Below are positions 26,610-36,469 of a stretch of DNA of 64,000 nt, one piece after another. The notes under the pieces are model-generated. The model saw only the letters and a program-made list of their open reading frames with translations. It was not told where the DNA came from and ran no database searches. This DNA is from an uncultured Methanosarcinales archaeon. Its GTDB lineage: Archaea; Nanobdellota; Nanobdellia; Woesearchaeales; CAXGTL01. Each line of letters starts with the position of its first letter. Within the stretch, counting starts at the first letter, position 1. The stretch covers positions 6,222 through 70,221 of the forward strand of contig CAZHVK010000004.1 of the NCBI GenBank assembly GCA_964535955.1, in the 5' to 3' direction. The translations under genes were made by a program, and so were the position numbers.

Positions 26610-27671
26610 ATGGCAAAAATTATAGCAATTGACGAAAAAATAATAAATAATCAATTTAATAGACAAATTGCTGAATGTATTGGATTATGGTTAGCAGAAG
26701 GAGATAATAAATGTACGAATGAAATTACATTCACTAATAATTGTTTTGATCTTATTAAACATTTTCATAATACAATAACTAAATTATTTAAAGAATATAA
26801 TTTCAATATAAGAATTTATGTTTATTCAAAAAATAAACTTAAAATAGACCTTCCTATAAAAGATTGCATAACTAAATATTATTCTGATAAACGGGCTAAA
26901 AAACCTTATTTTATTTGGAGAATTTGTTCTGTTAAACTGAACAGGAAATGGAAAAATATTGTTGAAGCATATAAGCCAAATTCAGAATTTTATCCTGAAA
27001 TCTTAAGAGGGTTTTTTGCTGGTGAGGGGAATATCAAGATAGGAAGCCACAATAGTAGAGTAATTAGGATAGCACAAAAAAACAGAGTAAAGTTCATAGA
27101 AAATATATTAGATTCCTTAAAAATAGAATACAAGTTTAAAAAAAATGAGAGAAGTTATTGCATATATCATAAGGATAATTGGGATATTTTTTCTAGATTT
27201 GGATTAGCAGATTTACATCCTATAAAAAAGAACAAATTCTATACTAATTATAATTTCAAAGAAGAACATTATAAACATAATTATCTTAAAAAAGAAGTAT
27301 TTAAAGAATTGGTTAGACCTCATACTACAATTGAATTATCTAAAAAATTTAATCGTTCACCAGCAAGAATCTGTGATATTGTAATAGAGCTTAAAAAAGA
27401 AGGTCTTATCACAAATTTTGGAGTCAAAAGTACTATGTATTGGATAAGAAATGATAAAAATTCTATAATTATATCACAAATTAAAGAGAAATATATAAAT
27501 ATAGTAAAAGAAAAACCATTATTAACATCTGAAATTGCTAAAACATTAAAAGTTGATTGGAAAAATGCATTCAAAAGATTGAAAGAACTTGAGAAATTAA
27601 AATTAGTACAACAAATTAACAAAAATGAATGGGGATATATTAAAACAAGTAAAAGGGTTATCGTAATATGA
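26610..27671 (+). CDS. Free-standing double-motif LAGLIDADG homing-endonuclease-like protein with two C-terminal winged-helix domains
   Basis: Two LAGLIDADG motifs: ECIGLWLAEGD and LRGFFAGEGNIK. C-terminal wHTH-like segments (TIELSKKFNRSPARICDIVIELKKEGLI; TSEIAKTLKVDWKNAFKRLKELEKLKLV). Stop overlaps the rnhB start (ATATGA). Confidence 0.65.
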   Translation: MAKIIAIDEKIINNQFNRQIAECIGLWLAEGDNKCTNEITFTNNCFDLIKHFHNTITKLFKEYNFNIRIYVYSKNKLKIDLPIKDCITKYYSDKRAKKPYFIWRICSVKLNRKWKNIVEAYKPNSEFYPEILRGFFAGEGNIKIGSHNSRVIRIAQKNRVKFIENILDSLKIEYKFKKNERSYCIYHKDNWDIFSRFGLADLHPIKKNKFYTNYNFKEEHYKHNYLKKEVFKELVRPHTTIELSKKFNRSPARICDIVIELKKEGLITNFGVKSTMYWIRNDKNSIIISQIKEKYINIVKEKPLLTSEIAKTLKVDWKNAFKRLKELEKLKLVQQINKNEWGYIKTSKRVIVI

Positions 27672-28324
27672 GCAAGGTCATAGCCATAGATGAGGCTGGT
27701 AAGGGTCCAGTAATAGGTCCACTTGTAATGACAGGTGTGCTTGTTGACGAAAAAGATTTAGACAAACTAAAAGTAATTGGTGTAAAAGATTCTAAACTAA
27801 TTCTTAAACATAAAAGAAAAGCAATGCTTGAACAAATTAAAGAAATAATCATAGATTATAAAACAATAATTGTGACAGCTGAAGAACTAAACCAAAGCAT
27901 GAAAAAGATTAATCTAAATCAGATAGAAGCAATAAAAGCAGCAGAAATCATTAATCATTTTAATAAAATCGATGTAGATACTGCAATCATCGACTGCCCG
28001 TCACCAAACATTGGTGCATACAAATATTATATACAAAAACATTTAGAAAGAGAAATAGACTTAAGACCAGAACACAAAGCAGATCTTAATTATGTATCTG
28101 TAGGAGCAGCTTCAATTATTGCAAAAACAACTAGAGATGATGAAATAGAAAAGCTAAAAAAAGAAGTAGGAACAGACTTTGGCTCTGGTTACACATCAGA
28201 CCCAAAAACACAAGCTTTTCTCAAAGATAATTTTGATAAACATCCAAACTTATTCAGAAAGCGCTGGTCAACATGGAAAAACCTAGACATGGCAAAGAAA
28301 CAAAGTAAGTTAGGAGATTTCTAA
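27668..28324 (+). CDS. rnhB: Ribonuclease HII
   Basis: VIAIDEAGKGPVIGPLV N-terminal catalytic motif, DSK, DCPSP motifs typical of RNase HII. Confidence 0.85.
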   Translation: MSKVIAIDEAGKGPVIGPLVMTGVLVDEKDLDKLKVIGVKDSKLILKHKRKAMLEQIKEIIIDYKTIIVTAEELNQSMKKINLNQIEAIKAAEIINHFNKIDVDTAIIDCPSPNIGAYKYYIQKHLEREIDLRPEHKADLNYVSVGAASIIAKTTRDDEIEKLKKEVGTDFGSGYTSDPKTQAFLKDNFDKHPNLFRKRWSTWKNLDMAKKQSKLGDF

Positions 28325-29322
28325 ACACCAATACTTACTAAAGCAGAAGCATTTGCTTTGATCTTATAAGTACTAAATATTAAATTTGGATTATCAAGTC
28401 TTAGATTTCTTAACTTTGAACACACTTTTTTATTTTCTAAAGTAAAAATCTTTCTGTTTCTTTCTATAAGATTATATACTTGTATATTATTTGATGATCC
28501 TAATACATATTCTTGTCCATAATTAATCACATCATACACCTTAAAACCAAATTTATTTATTAATCTTTTATTAAATTTGTTTCCTGTTAACAAACTAATA
28601 TAATCTATGCTTTTCAGTAATCCAGATTCACCAAATATATGAATTTGATTATCATCATTGAGAGATGAGTGTATTACTGGATCAGAATTAGCTGTCTTGA
28701 TGGCATTTGTCCTTTCTAAAGATTCAAGATTAATAAGATATAAACAACCTGTATTACATTCAACAAAAAGTACTTCATCATTATCAGCAAGAGATAAATT
28801 AGTTATACCAAAAAATTTTCTTCCTTTTTCTCTTTTTTGTCCAGAAAAATATGTCAACATTACTCCTTTCTGTTCATTTTTTTCTCTTAAATCAACATCT
28901 TGGATAAAAATCTGAGTACCATTAGAAAGATAAAATCTTTTGTTTAATTCATCATAACAATAACATTCAATAAATTTTTCCATAATTGTCTCATTTTCGC
29001 CTGATACAGGATCAAATGTTTTAAAACCTCTATTAGATATAATATAATATCTTTTATGAATCTTTTCAACACCTATTACATATTCATTTTCTTGAAAATT
29101 AGAATTATCAACAGCAACCAAACCAGAAAAACTACCATCTCTTGAAAAATATAAGTTTGGTTTTTCTTTTTTAAAATGTGTCATATTAGAATTAGCAGTT
29201 CCTACTAATAATCTCCCTTCTTCAATTATATCAATACTAGTCACAACTTGATTAAATGTCTTAAAATCTGTAACTTGTTTATGTTTTGCTAGTATTTTTT
29301 CTAATTCTGATTGAACATTCAT
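28321..29322 (-). CDS. Hypothetical protein (333 aa), possibly beta-propeller-like
   Basis: Intact ORF; beta-rich composition, no motif recognised. Confidence 0.45.
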   Translation of the reverse strand: MNVQSELEKILAKHKQVTDFKTFNQVVTSIDIIEEGRLLVGTANSNMTHFKKEKPNLYFSRDGSFSGLVAVDNSNFQENEYVIGVEKIHKRYYIISNRGFKTFDPVSGENETIMEKFIECYCYDELNKRFYLSNGTQIFIQDVDLREKNEQKGVMLTYFSGQKREKGRKFFGITNLSLADNDEVLFVECNTGCLYLINLESLERTNAIKTANSDPVIHSSLNDDNQIHIFGESGLLKSIDYISLLTGNKFNKRLINKFGFKVYDVINYGQEYVLGSSNNIQVYNLIERNRKIFTLENKKVCSKLRNLRLDNPNLIFSTYKIKANASALVSIGV

Positions 29323-29379
29323 ATATCAATAAAAGAATCACGGATTATTTATAAGAATTATTATATTGTAAGATACAGG

Positions 29380-30039
29380 TTAATCCTTAGCATCCCATTC
29401 CTTATAAAATTCTTTTAAAAACAACTGCATAAACCTTTGCCTGCGCAAAGCAATCTTTTTACCTGTTTTAGTATTCATCATATCTTTTAATAATAACAAT
29501 TTTTCATAAAAATGATTAATAGTGGGATCCATGTCTTTTCTATATTCATGAGACTTTCTGCCTAATTTTGGTTTAATATCAGGATCATACATTATCTTTC
29601 CTTTGCTTCCACCATAAGCAAATGTTCTTCCCACACCAATAGCTCCAATTGCATCCAATCTGTCAGCATCCTGTATAATCATGAATTCTTTTGATTTTTT
29701 TACTTTTTTTTTATCTAATGATTTTGAAAAAGACATATTAGCAATTATATGCATGATATGTTTTTTATCATTCTCTTTAATTTTCATCTTATCTAACCAA
29801 GAACCAATCATTCTAGGTGCAACTCTTACATCACCCTTATAAAACTTGGGATCACCAACATCATGCAACAAAGCAGCCATATCAATCACAAATCTATCAA
29901 CATTTTTCTCAGAATTAGCAATGTTATGAGCAAGTTTCCAAACACGATAAATATGCCACCAATCATGACCACAACTCTTATCTTTAAATTCTTTTTTAAC
30001 AAAACCAACAGTTTTTTTTATAACCCCTTTTTTATTCAT
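29380..30039 (-). CDS. HD-domain phosphohydrolase
   Basis: H...HD (HDWWHIYRVWKLAH, ALLHDVGD) and DADRLDAIGAIG motifs of the HD superfamily. Confidence 0.75.
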   Translation of the reverse strand: MNKKGVIKKTVGFVKKEFKDKSCGHDWWHIYRVWKLAHNIANSEKNVDRFVIDMAALLHDVGDPKFYKGDVRVAPRMIGSWLDKMKIKENDKKHIMHIIANMSFSKSLDKKKVKKSKEFMIIQDADRLDAIGAIGVGRTFAYGGSKGKIMYDPDIKPKLGRKSHEYRKDMDPTINHFYEKLLLLKDMMNTKTGKKIALRRQRFMQLFLKEFYKEWDAKD

Positions 30040-30043
30040 ATAT

Positions 30044-30706
30044 CTAACCTCCTATATTAAACAAAAAAATCTGCAAAACAAGCAATACAAATCCAAACCC
30101 AGCCATCAATCCATAATACAGTTTGTTCCAATGCAATATCTTGATACCATCAAAATTACCAAATGGAATTAGGTTGAATAAGCCAAGCCAAGTGTTAATC
30201 ATAAAGCCATACATAAATATTTTAGCAATAAATTCATTAGGAATAAAAGCAGCAGACCATATTGAAAATCCCAGAAACACAACAGCCATAACCAGGTTAG
30301 TCAAAGGCCCTGCTAATGAAATCTTTCCATTAACCCTATTATTTACATAACCAGAGATAATCACAGCACCAGGTGCTGCAAACACGATTCCAACAAAATA
30401 TGCAAGCACTAAAGCCATCCACAGCATGCTTCTATTTGCTCTAAATTCAGCAAAACAACCAAACCTTTGTGCAACAATTTTATGCCCGAGCTCATGAAAC
30501 ACAAACCCAGTACCCACTGCCACCAAAGATATTACAAGATTCTGTAAAAATTCCATAGAAAATATAGCACGAGTACCAAGTATAAATGCAAATGCAATAG
30601 ATATAAAGATCCAGGCTCTGATCAAATCATTTATCTCTTTCTCAGATGAAGTATAACCAAATATCTTATACTTTTTTCCAGCATATCTAAATGGGTCTTG
30701 GTGCAT
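30044..30706 (-). CDS. Membrane-embedded zinc metalloprotease, M50 (site-2 protease) family
   Basis: HExxH within a TM helix (FVFHELGHKIVAQRFG) and a second conserved TM motif NLIPFGNFDG (the LDG motif of S2P). Confidence 0.65.
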   Translation of the reverse strand: MHQDPFRYAGKKYKIFGYTSSEKEINDLIRAWIFISIAFAFILGTRAIFSMEFLQNLVISLVAVGTGFVFHELGHKIVAQRFGCFAEFRANRSMLWMALVLAYFVGIVFAAPGAVIISGYVNNRVNGKISLAGPLTNLVMAVVFLGFSIWSAAFIPNEFIAKIFMYGFMINTWLGLFNLIPFGNFDGIKILHWNKLYYGLMAGFGFVLLVLQIFLFNIGG

Positions 30707-30754
30707 GATAATGATTAAAATAATTTAATCATTTATATAATTTGTTAATAAATA

Positions 30755-32101
30755 TCACAAATTAATCTCTTTTTTATGTATCAAAAACAAAGCACAATAT
30801 ACTCTAGCCCAAAAATATGCTCTTGTTATTTTACAGTATTTATGATAATCATCTAAAGCTCCCCAATCTAATTTTTCTTGGGTTGTTTTATCATATTGAA
30901 GATGATAAAAATCATCTATCAAACATCCAATTTCCTTTGGTTGCCAACCATTTTCCATTAGATTTTCTGCAAATTTTATTAATACTTTTGGTTGTAAAGC
31001 TCTTGGACAAGGATATTCAATAAAGTTTTTAGTTTTATCACTTAACTTAGGATCTCTTTGTGCTCTGATAAAGGCTTGCCAATTAGCTAACCTTGGCATT
31101 TCATCAAAATCTTTATGATATCTGTATAAATCAGAAGCTTCATACTCATCCACAAGACTGTTTATTGAGTCATCATCTGCTTCAGGAATTTCTCCTGAAA
31201 AATTTTCAGCATGTTGAACAGCCATTTCTTTGTTCCACATACAATTAAGCAGATAATCCATATCTTCAATAAAAATATCCTTTTTACCTTTACCAAAATA
31301 TACTCCCATTATAATGTCTTGCAATGATTTTGCTGATCCTTGAATATATGTTCTTCTTTTTTTATGTAAACTAAATGGAGCTCTCATTATCCTCATATAA
31401 CCAGGATCACCGCAATCAGTTATATCTTCATTAACACACTTTTCTTCTGAATCACTAATTGTTATTGGTATCTCTTCGTATTTTTCAGCATGTACTAATG
31501 ATTTGAATGCAATATATTCTTTTAACCTACCCATGCCAGAAAAAACCAAACCAGCATCTACACCTGGTGCAGGATTTCTTTTTATATCATGAGGATCAGT
31601 AAAATCATATTTATCTGCTAATTCATCTTCAAGACAACCAATACTAGCAAGCCTGTTAAAAGCCTCAGTGCCTCTTCTTACTCTGAATAAAATATGCCAG
31701 CCTGAAGGAGTTAAATCAATCATGTGCGGAACTCCATGCTTTTTTAATAATTTAGATTCATATGATATTACAGGGAACAAATGATTATTAAAAAAATGTA
31801 ATTGTGAACCCACATTATAATAAAGATAATATGGATCTGCAAGAAATATCTCAGCATCTTTTGCAAATAATGCACTCTCTCCACCATAGCCAAATATTGG
31901 TATGTAAATTTCAAGATTTTGTTCTTGTGTTAAACTAGACAAGTTTTCTATTGATTCTGCTGTTACAAGTAAACCATTAGGATCCCAACCTCTAGCAATT
32001 AATTCTGTACCAGAACCAAGAGCCCAATTACATTTACCAAAAGAATTTCTTAATTTTGGAAAAATAGCTTCCTGATATTCTCTATCATCCACATCTATCA
32101 C
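30755..32101 (-). CDS. Archaeo-eukaryotic primase (AEP) superfamily protein, divergent paralog of 32140..33570
   Basis: Motif II-like PSGWHILFRV and motif III MRAPFSLHKKRRT (compare eukaryotic PRIM1 SPFCVHPKTG); the DxD motif I is not obvious. Confidence 0.5.
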   Translation of the reverse strand: MIDVDDREYQEAIFPKLRNSFGKCNWALGSGTELIARGWDPNGLLVTAESIENLSSLTQEQNLEIYIPIFGYGGESALFAKDAEIFLADPYYLYYNVGSQLHFFNNHLFPVISYESKLLKKHGVPHMIDLTPSGWHILFRVRRGTEAFNRLASIGCLEDELADKYDFTDPHDIKRNPAPGVDAGLVFSGMGRLKEYIAFKSLVHAEKYEEIPITISDSEEKCVNEDITDCGDPGYMRIMRAPFSLHKKRRTYIQGSAKSLQDIIMGVYFGKGKKDIFIEDMDYLLNCMWNKEMAVQHAENFSGEIPEADDDSINSLVDEYEASDLYRYHKDFDEMPRLANWQAFIRAQRDPKLSDKTKNFIEYPCPRALQPKVLIKFAENLMENGWQPKEIGCLIDDFYHLQYDKTTQEKLDWGALDDYHKYCKITRAYFWARVYCALFLIHKKEINL

Positions 32102-32139
32102 CCTTTAAAATTTATTTTTATTTAATTTTCAGCCAATAA

Positions 32140-33570
32140 TCAATATCTTAACTTAGTAAATGAAGGATTACTCATACCTACATAATATTGAACAAAGAAT
32201 GCCCTTACCCAACCAGCAATTCTCTTAACAGGACTTGATTTATAACCACCTAATATCTTAAGATGATCTAATTTTCCTGCTAAATACGCAACAATATCTG
32301 CAGGATGAACATCATGAGACAAAAACTTATCAGTTACAGCTTTTATCACATTAGGATTAAGTTGATCACCTGTGCATGTATTAAGTTTTGCTTCTAAATC
32401 AGGATGCAGCCTAATATGTTTAAGTTCATTATATTTTTTTGAAAACATTTGTTTATAATTACTAAACTCAAACATCTTCATTCCTTGATCAAATATTTGA
32501 TGAGCCTCATGAACATCACTTCCTAAATATGCTCTTACTAAATTTTCAACTCCCCATGACATTACAGGAAGATAAGTTCTAATTGAACCAGCATAATTAG
32601 CAGCATCATGATAATTATTTCTTCTTAATCTAAACAAATCATCTAAACTAATCTCATTACCATTACAAGGAGTAAATCTAGGAATAGCAATATTATAAGG
32701 TGTTTTTGCAGCTGTTTCATGTCCGACTTTCCATGGACTTGTCATATGTTTCTGGTGCAATGAAAATGGCAATCTTATATCTCTCATAAACATTGGATCA
32801 GCAAATGCACTTAGATCAACAGATATTACTACACCACCTTTTGCCCATTGATCACCTATAACAACAGGAAGTCTATTACCATATTTTCTTGCTCTTCGCA
32901 TTGCTTGTATTGACATAAACTCAATTAATTTTGACCAACCATCATTTGCCCATGCTTCATCATCAGTAACAATTCTTCTTCTTCTTGAACCATGTCTTCT
33001 ATATTGATTCTTTATTCTTTCTTCATGACTAACAAAACCTAAGCTTTGTAATAATTCATATGCATTTGAATTTGCATCATCTTTAGGAACTCTAAACCCA
33101 TAATGATAACCTTGTCCAGTTGCAATAACTAATGGAGAAAAACCATAATCTCTATAAACACTCATAAGTGCTTGATGAAATGGCTCCAAGTCCCAGAATA
33201 AACCAACCATATCTTTATAATTTGCTCCAGGATCATTATGATTAACTTTCTCAACATCTAATAAACATATAAGATTATCCTCATCATGCACTGATCTAAA
33301 AACATCAGATTTTTTATCAAGAATTTGGCCTAATTGCCATGGTTCTTTGCATGTAAAACCTTGTTTTACCCTTAACCCATATTCAACCAAATACATAGCA
33401 GTCATTAATTTTCCTAATTCTCTAAGATTTCTAGAATCTTTTAAAGGACCATAACCTTGTGGATATCCAATATCAGATCTTTCAATAATCCATGCAGGAA
33501 CACCACAATATTCTAACATTCTTTTTATAACTTCAGGATGTCTGTAATAATCATGTGCATTATTTGCCAT
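32140..33570 (-). CDS. AEP-family primase small-subunit-like protein (PriS-like)
   Basis: Motif I LLDVEKV (DxE), motif II TGQGYHYGFRV (SGxGxH), motif III IRLPFSLHQKHMT (R.PFS.H.K). Confidence 0.6.
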   Translation of the reverse strand: MANNAHDYYRHPEVIKRMLEYCGVPAWIIERSDIGYPQGYGPLKDSRNLRELGKLMTAMYLVEYGLRVKQGFTCKEPWQLGQILDKKSDVFRSVHDEDNLICLLDVEKVNHNDPGANYKDMVGLFWDLEPFHQALMSVYRDYGFSPLVIATGQGYHYGFRVPKDDANSNAYELLQSLGFVSHEERIKNQYRRHGSRRRRIVTDDEAWANDGWSKLIEFMSIQAMRRARKYGNRLPVVIGDQWAKGGVVISVDLSAFADPMFMRDIRLPFSLHQKHMTSPWKVGHETAAKTPYNIAIPRFTPCNGNEISLDDLFRLRRNNYHDAANYAGSIRTYLPVMSWGVENLVRAYLGSDVHEAHQIFDQGMKMFEFSNYKQMFSKKYNELKHIRLHPDLEAKLNTCTGDQLNPNVIKAVTDKFLSHDVHPADIVAYLAGKLDHLKILGGYKSSPVKRIAGWVRAFFVQYYVGMSNPSFTKLRY

Positions 33571-33805
33571 ATTTTTTACCTCATTAAAAATCTCTATAAA
33601 AATCTATAAAAACCATTTTTAAAAAATCACTAACTTATATATAAGCATTTATATTCTTTATATAATGACTAAAATGATGTAGAAAACTATATAAATCAGC
33701 TAAACATTTATATATATAATAACCTTCAAATATATAATAGTATAATAATCAATAAATTACTAATAAATAATCAATAAATCATTACAATATAATCAAACAC
33801 AAAAA

Positions 33806-35359
33806 ATGGCAGCAACATTATCTACTTATGGATTTAAAGAAGTTGATAAAGATCCTGATAGTCCTGATTTTCCAAAACCAGATAAAAAGTTTAAACTTAT
33901 CTGGGAAAGATTTTTTGCATCAATCGAAGAACCTTATTTCTTTGTTTTATCAACAATGAGGGATGCACTTGGGTGGACAGAGGTTGACAAAATTAAAGAT
34001 ATATTCTCAGCATCAGAAACATCTGCTTTCTATGGTTCAGTTGGTTCAAGATTATCTATTGCTCAAGATAGAGTAATGACATATTCTAAATCAATTGGAA
34101 TGTTTCTTACAGAATTGTTTAAGATGGCTCGGGAGCTAAGAATAATAGAACAAAGAATAGATTTAAATGAAGCCACTAATAGAGGTCAGAGATCAGCAGA
34201 CAAAGCATTAAAAGGTTTATGGGTAGATCTTGTGGATGGTGGTCCCAAAAATCCTAGTTCAATTATTTCTTTATCAAGAGAAGCTGGTTTTAGTGTATTA
34301 ATGGACTTATTTTTTGGAACATATATTCAATCACCAAAGGATCAAAAAGAAATAGGTAGTAAGGTTGATGAAGCTGTTAATAGGTTAAAATTTAATCAAA
34401 CAATGAAATCAGTATTAGCTAGAAAATTAGTAACATATCTTACTTGGAAACAAAGAACATTTGAAGAATTAAAAACTAGAAAACTATTCATGCAAAAACA
34501 TATAAGACAATATTATTTAACAATAAGAATGTATACTACTTGGTTAAGACCATACTTGACTCATGTAAAGAGGTTAGGTATGGATGAATCAAAATTATCT
34601 TCTCCAGACTTGGTTGCAGGTTTTGAAACTTCTATGACAGAACTTGAACTAATGTTTAAAAAACCAACAAAAAAAGGAAATTATTACTCAATTATAAATG
34701 TTCATTTCCTATTTAAAACACAGCCAAAAATGGATTTTCATCAAGATGGTTACCAACACAGAGGACCAATACATGTTGGGAAAGTTTATATCACTTTTAG
34801 AGGATATGTTTGGGATAAAAAACAAATAGAAGAATATAAAAAATTTAGAGCTGAAGAGGATTTTGAATTACTAGGAGCAATAAATGATGAAATAAAAGCT
34901 GCATTAGATAATTTAAGTGATGATATTAAAGATTTTATTTTTAATTTAGGAGAAAAAATATACAAAGAAATTGATGTGTTAATGCATGAGTTAAATATAG
35001 ATTATAATGAGGTTTTGCATTGGGAAAAACTCTACAAAAAAGCAAAAGAAGAAGAGGAATTTAAAGGGACTTTGAAAGAATATATTGAGAAAAACAAAAA
35101 ACATAAAAAAGACAAGATTAAATTGGGAAGTATTTTCGACCCTTTTAAACATCTTGTTAATGGTTTTTCAGAGATGATAACAGGAAAAGAAATATTTAGA
35201 TTTAAAGAAGAAGGTGACAAGAAAAAAGATACCAAGCCTACAAAAGCAGAAGCATGGCAGATGGAAAAAGAGAAAGAAGATGCAAAAAAAGCGATGTTAG
35301 GTCCTTTATGGAATATATTTAAAGTTTTTAAAAAAGCTCATGGTATGTTAGCATGGTAA
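33806..35359 (+). CDS. Hypothetical protein (517 aa), helical/coiled-coil rich
   Basis: Intact ORF divergent from the primase pair; overlaps the next ORF by 7 nt, suggesting an operon. Confidence 0.5.
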   Translation: MAATLSTYGFKEVDKDPDSPDFPKPDKKFKLIWERFFASIEEPYFFVLSTMRDALGWTEVDKIKDIFSASETSAFYGSVGSRLSIAQDRVMTYSKSIGMFLTELFKMARELRIIEQRIDLNEATNRGQRSADKALKGLWVDLVDGGPKNPSSIISLSREAGFSVLMDLFFGTYIQSPKDQKEIGSKVDEAVNRLKFNQTMKSVLARKLVTYLTWKQRTFEELKTRKLFMQKHIRQYYLTIRMYTTWLRPYLTHVKRLGMDESKLSSPDLVAGFETSMTELELMFKKPTKKGNYYSIINVHFLFKTQPKMDFHQDGYQHRGPIHVGKVYITFRGYVWDKKQIEEYKKFRAEEDFELLGAINDEIKAALDNLSDDIKDFIFNLGEKIYKEIDVLMHELNIDYNEVLHWEKLYKKAKEEEEFKGTLKEYIEKNKKHKKDKIKLGSIFDPFKHLVNGFSEMITGKEIFRFKEEGDKKKDTKPTKAEAWQMEKEKEDAKKAMLGPLWNIFKVFKKAHGMLAW

Positions 35360-35928
35360 TTAAAAAAGATATACTTAAAGACATTAATAAATTGTCCCCA
35401 GAAGAAAGACTAAAAAGATTAAAACAATTAGAAGAAGAAATAAAAAAAGAAGAAAAGATAACAGAGGGAATAATTGTTAAAGAAAGGGAAGTTCTAAAAG
35501 AAAAACAGATAACTGATGAAAGACTGGTACAAAATAGAAGAAAAAGAACAAAAGAAAAAAAAGATAAAGAATCAAAAACAATTACTTCTAAAAGCGAAAG
35601 CATCAAAGTAATAGAACCAAAAGTAACAGTATTAGAAGATGTTGTAGAACAAGAAAAAATATCACAACAACAAGAAATAAATATGGAAGAAGTTCAATAT
35701 CATGCAAAATTTATTACAGAAGTAGACCAGGCACTTGATAGAATGGAATACATGTCTAAGGAAAAGCTTGATCAATATTCAACACAAGCAAGAGACATAT
35801 ATGATAAATTAAATGATGCATATGAACACGCAGTAGGTTGGATGAGGGATGACATAAAAGCAGAAAAAGAACGTATGAAAAACATGTTTAAGTGGTGGAA
35901 AGATGAAGGGGATAAGTATTCTTCTTAG
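35353..35928 (+). CDS. KE-rich coiled-coil protein (191 aa)
   Basis: Charged heptad-like composition; co-oriented and overlapping with the upstream ORF. Confidence 0.45.
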   Translation: MVIKKDILKDINKLSPEERLKRLKQLEEEIKKEEKITEGIIVKEREVLKEKQITDERLVQNRRKRTKEKKDKESKTITSKSESIKVIEPKVTVLEDVVEQEKISQQQEINMEEVQYHAKFITEVDQALDRMEYMSKEKLDQYSTQARDIYDKLNDAYEHAVGWMRDDIKAEKERMKNMFKWWKDEGDKYSS

Positions 35929-35982
35929 GCCACCTCTTTTTCCGACATATTTATAAACCAACCCTTTCTTCTTCAGAATAAA

Positions 35983-36411
35983 ATGATAAAACAAGATCAA
36001 ACACAAAATAAAGAAGAACTTCAGCAGAGATATATGCAATTACAGTTGTTAGAACAACAAATTAAACAGGTTCAAAAACAGCTTCAGACAATAACAAGTC
36101 AATTAAATGAATTAGCTTATTCTGTACAATCATTAGAAGAGTTTAAAAATGTTAAGGTAGGATCTGAAATCTTTGTACCAGTTGTTACAGGAATATTTGC
36201 AAAAGCAGAGATTAAAGAGATTGAAAATGTTAACATAAATGTAGGAAGTAATATTGCTGTCAGCAAAAGTCTTGCTGATTCAAAAAAGATACTTGAAGAT
36301 CAGTTTCAAGAACTAGACAATATAAGAGTGAAACTCTCAAATGATTTGCAAAAGATGATTGCACAAGCACAATTATTGCAGCAACAAATAATGATTTCGC
36401 AAAAAACATAA
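35983..36411 (+). CDS. pfdA: Prefoldin alpha subunit
   Basis: Coiled-coil, two beta-hairpin segments (SEIFVPVVTG..., NINVGSNIAV...), coiled-coil; conserved archaeal pfdA-ftsY adjacency. Confidence 0.65.
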   Translation: MIKQDQTQNKEELQQRYMQLQLLEQQIKQVQKQLQTITSQLNELAYSVQSLEEFKNVKVGSEIFVPVVTGIFAKAEIKEIENVNINVGSNIAVSKSLADSKKILEDQFQELDNIRVKLSNDLQKMIAQAQLLQQQIMISQKT

Positions 36412-36469
36412 TCAGGTGAGCATATGTTTCAAAATTTTAATTTTGAAGCTGCGAATGAAACGGAGTGGA

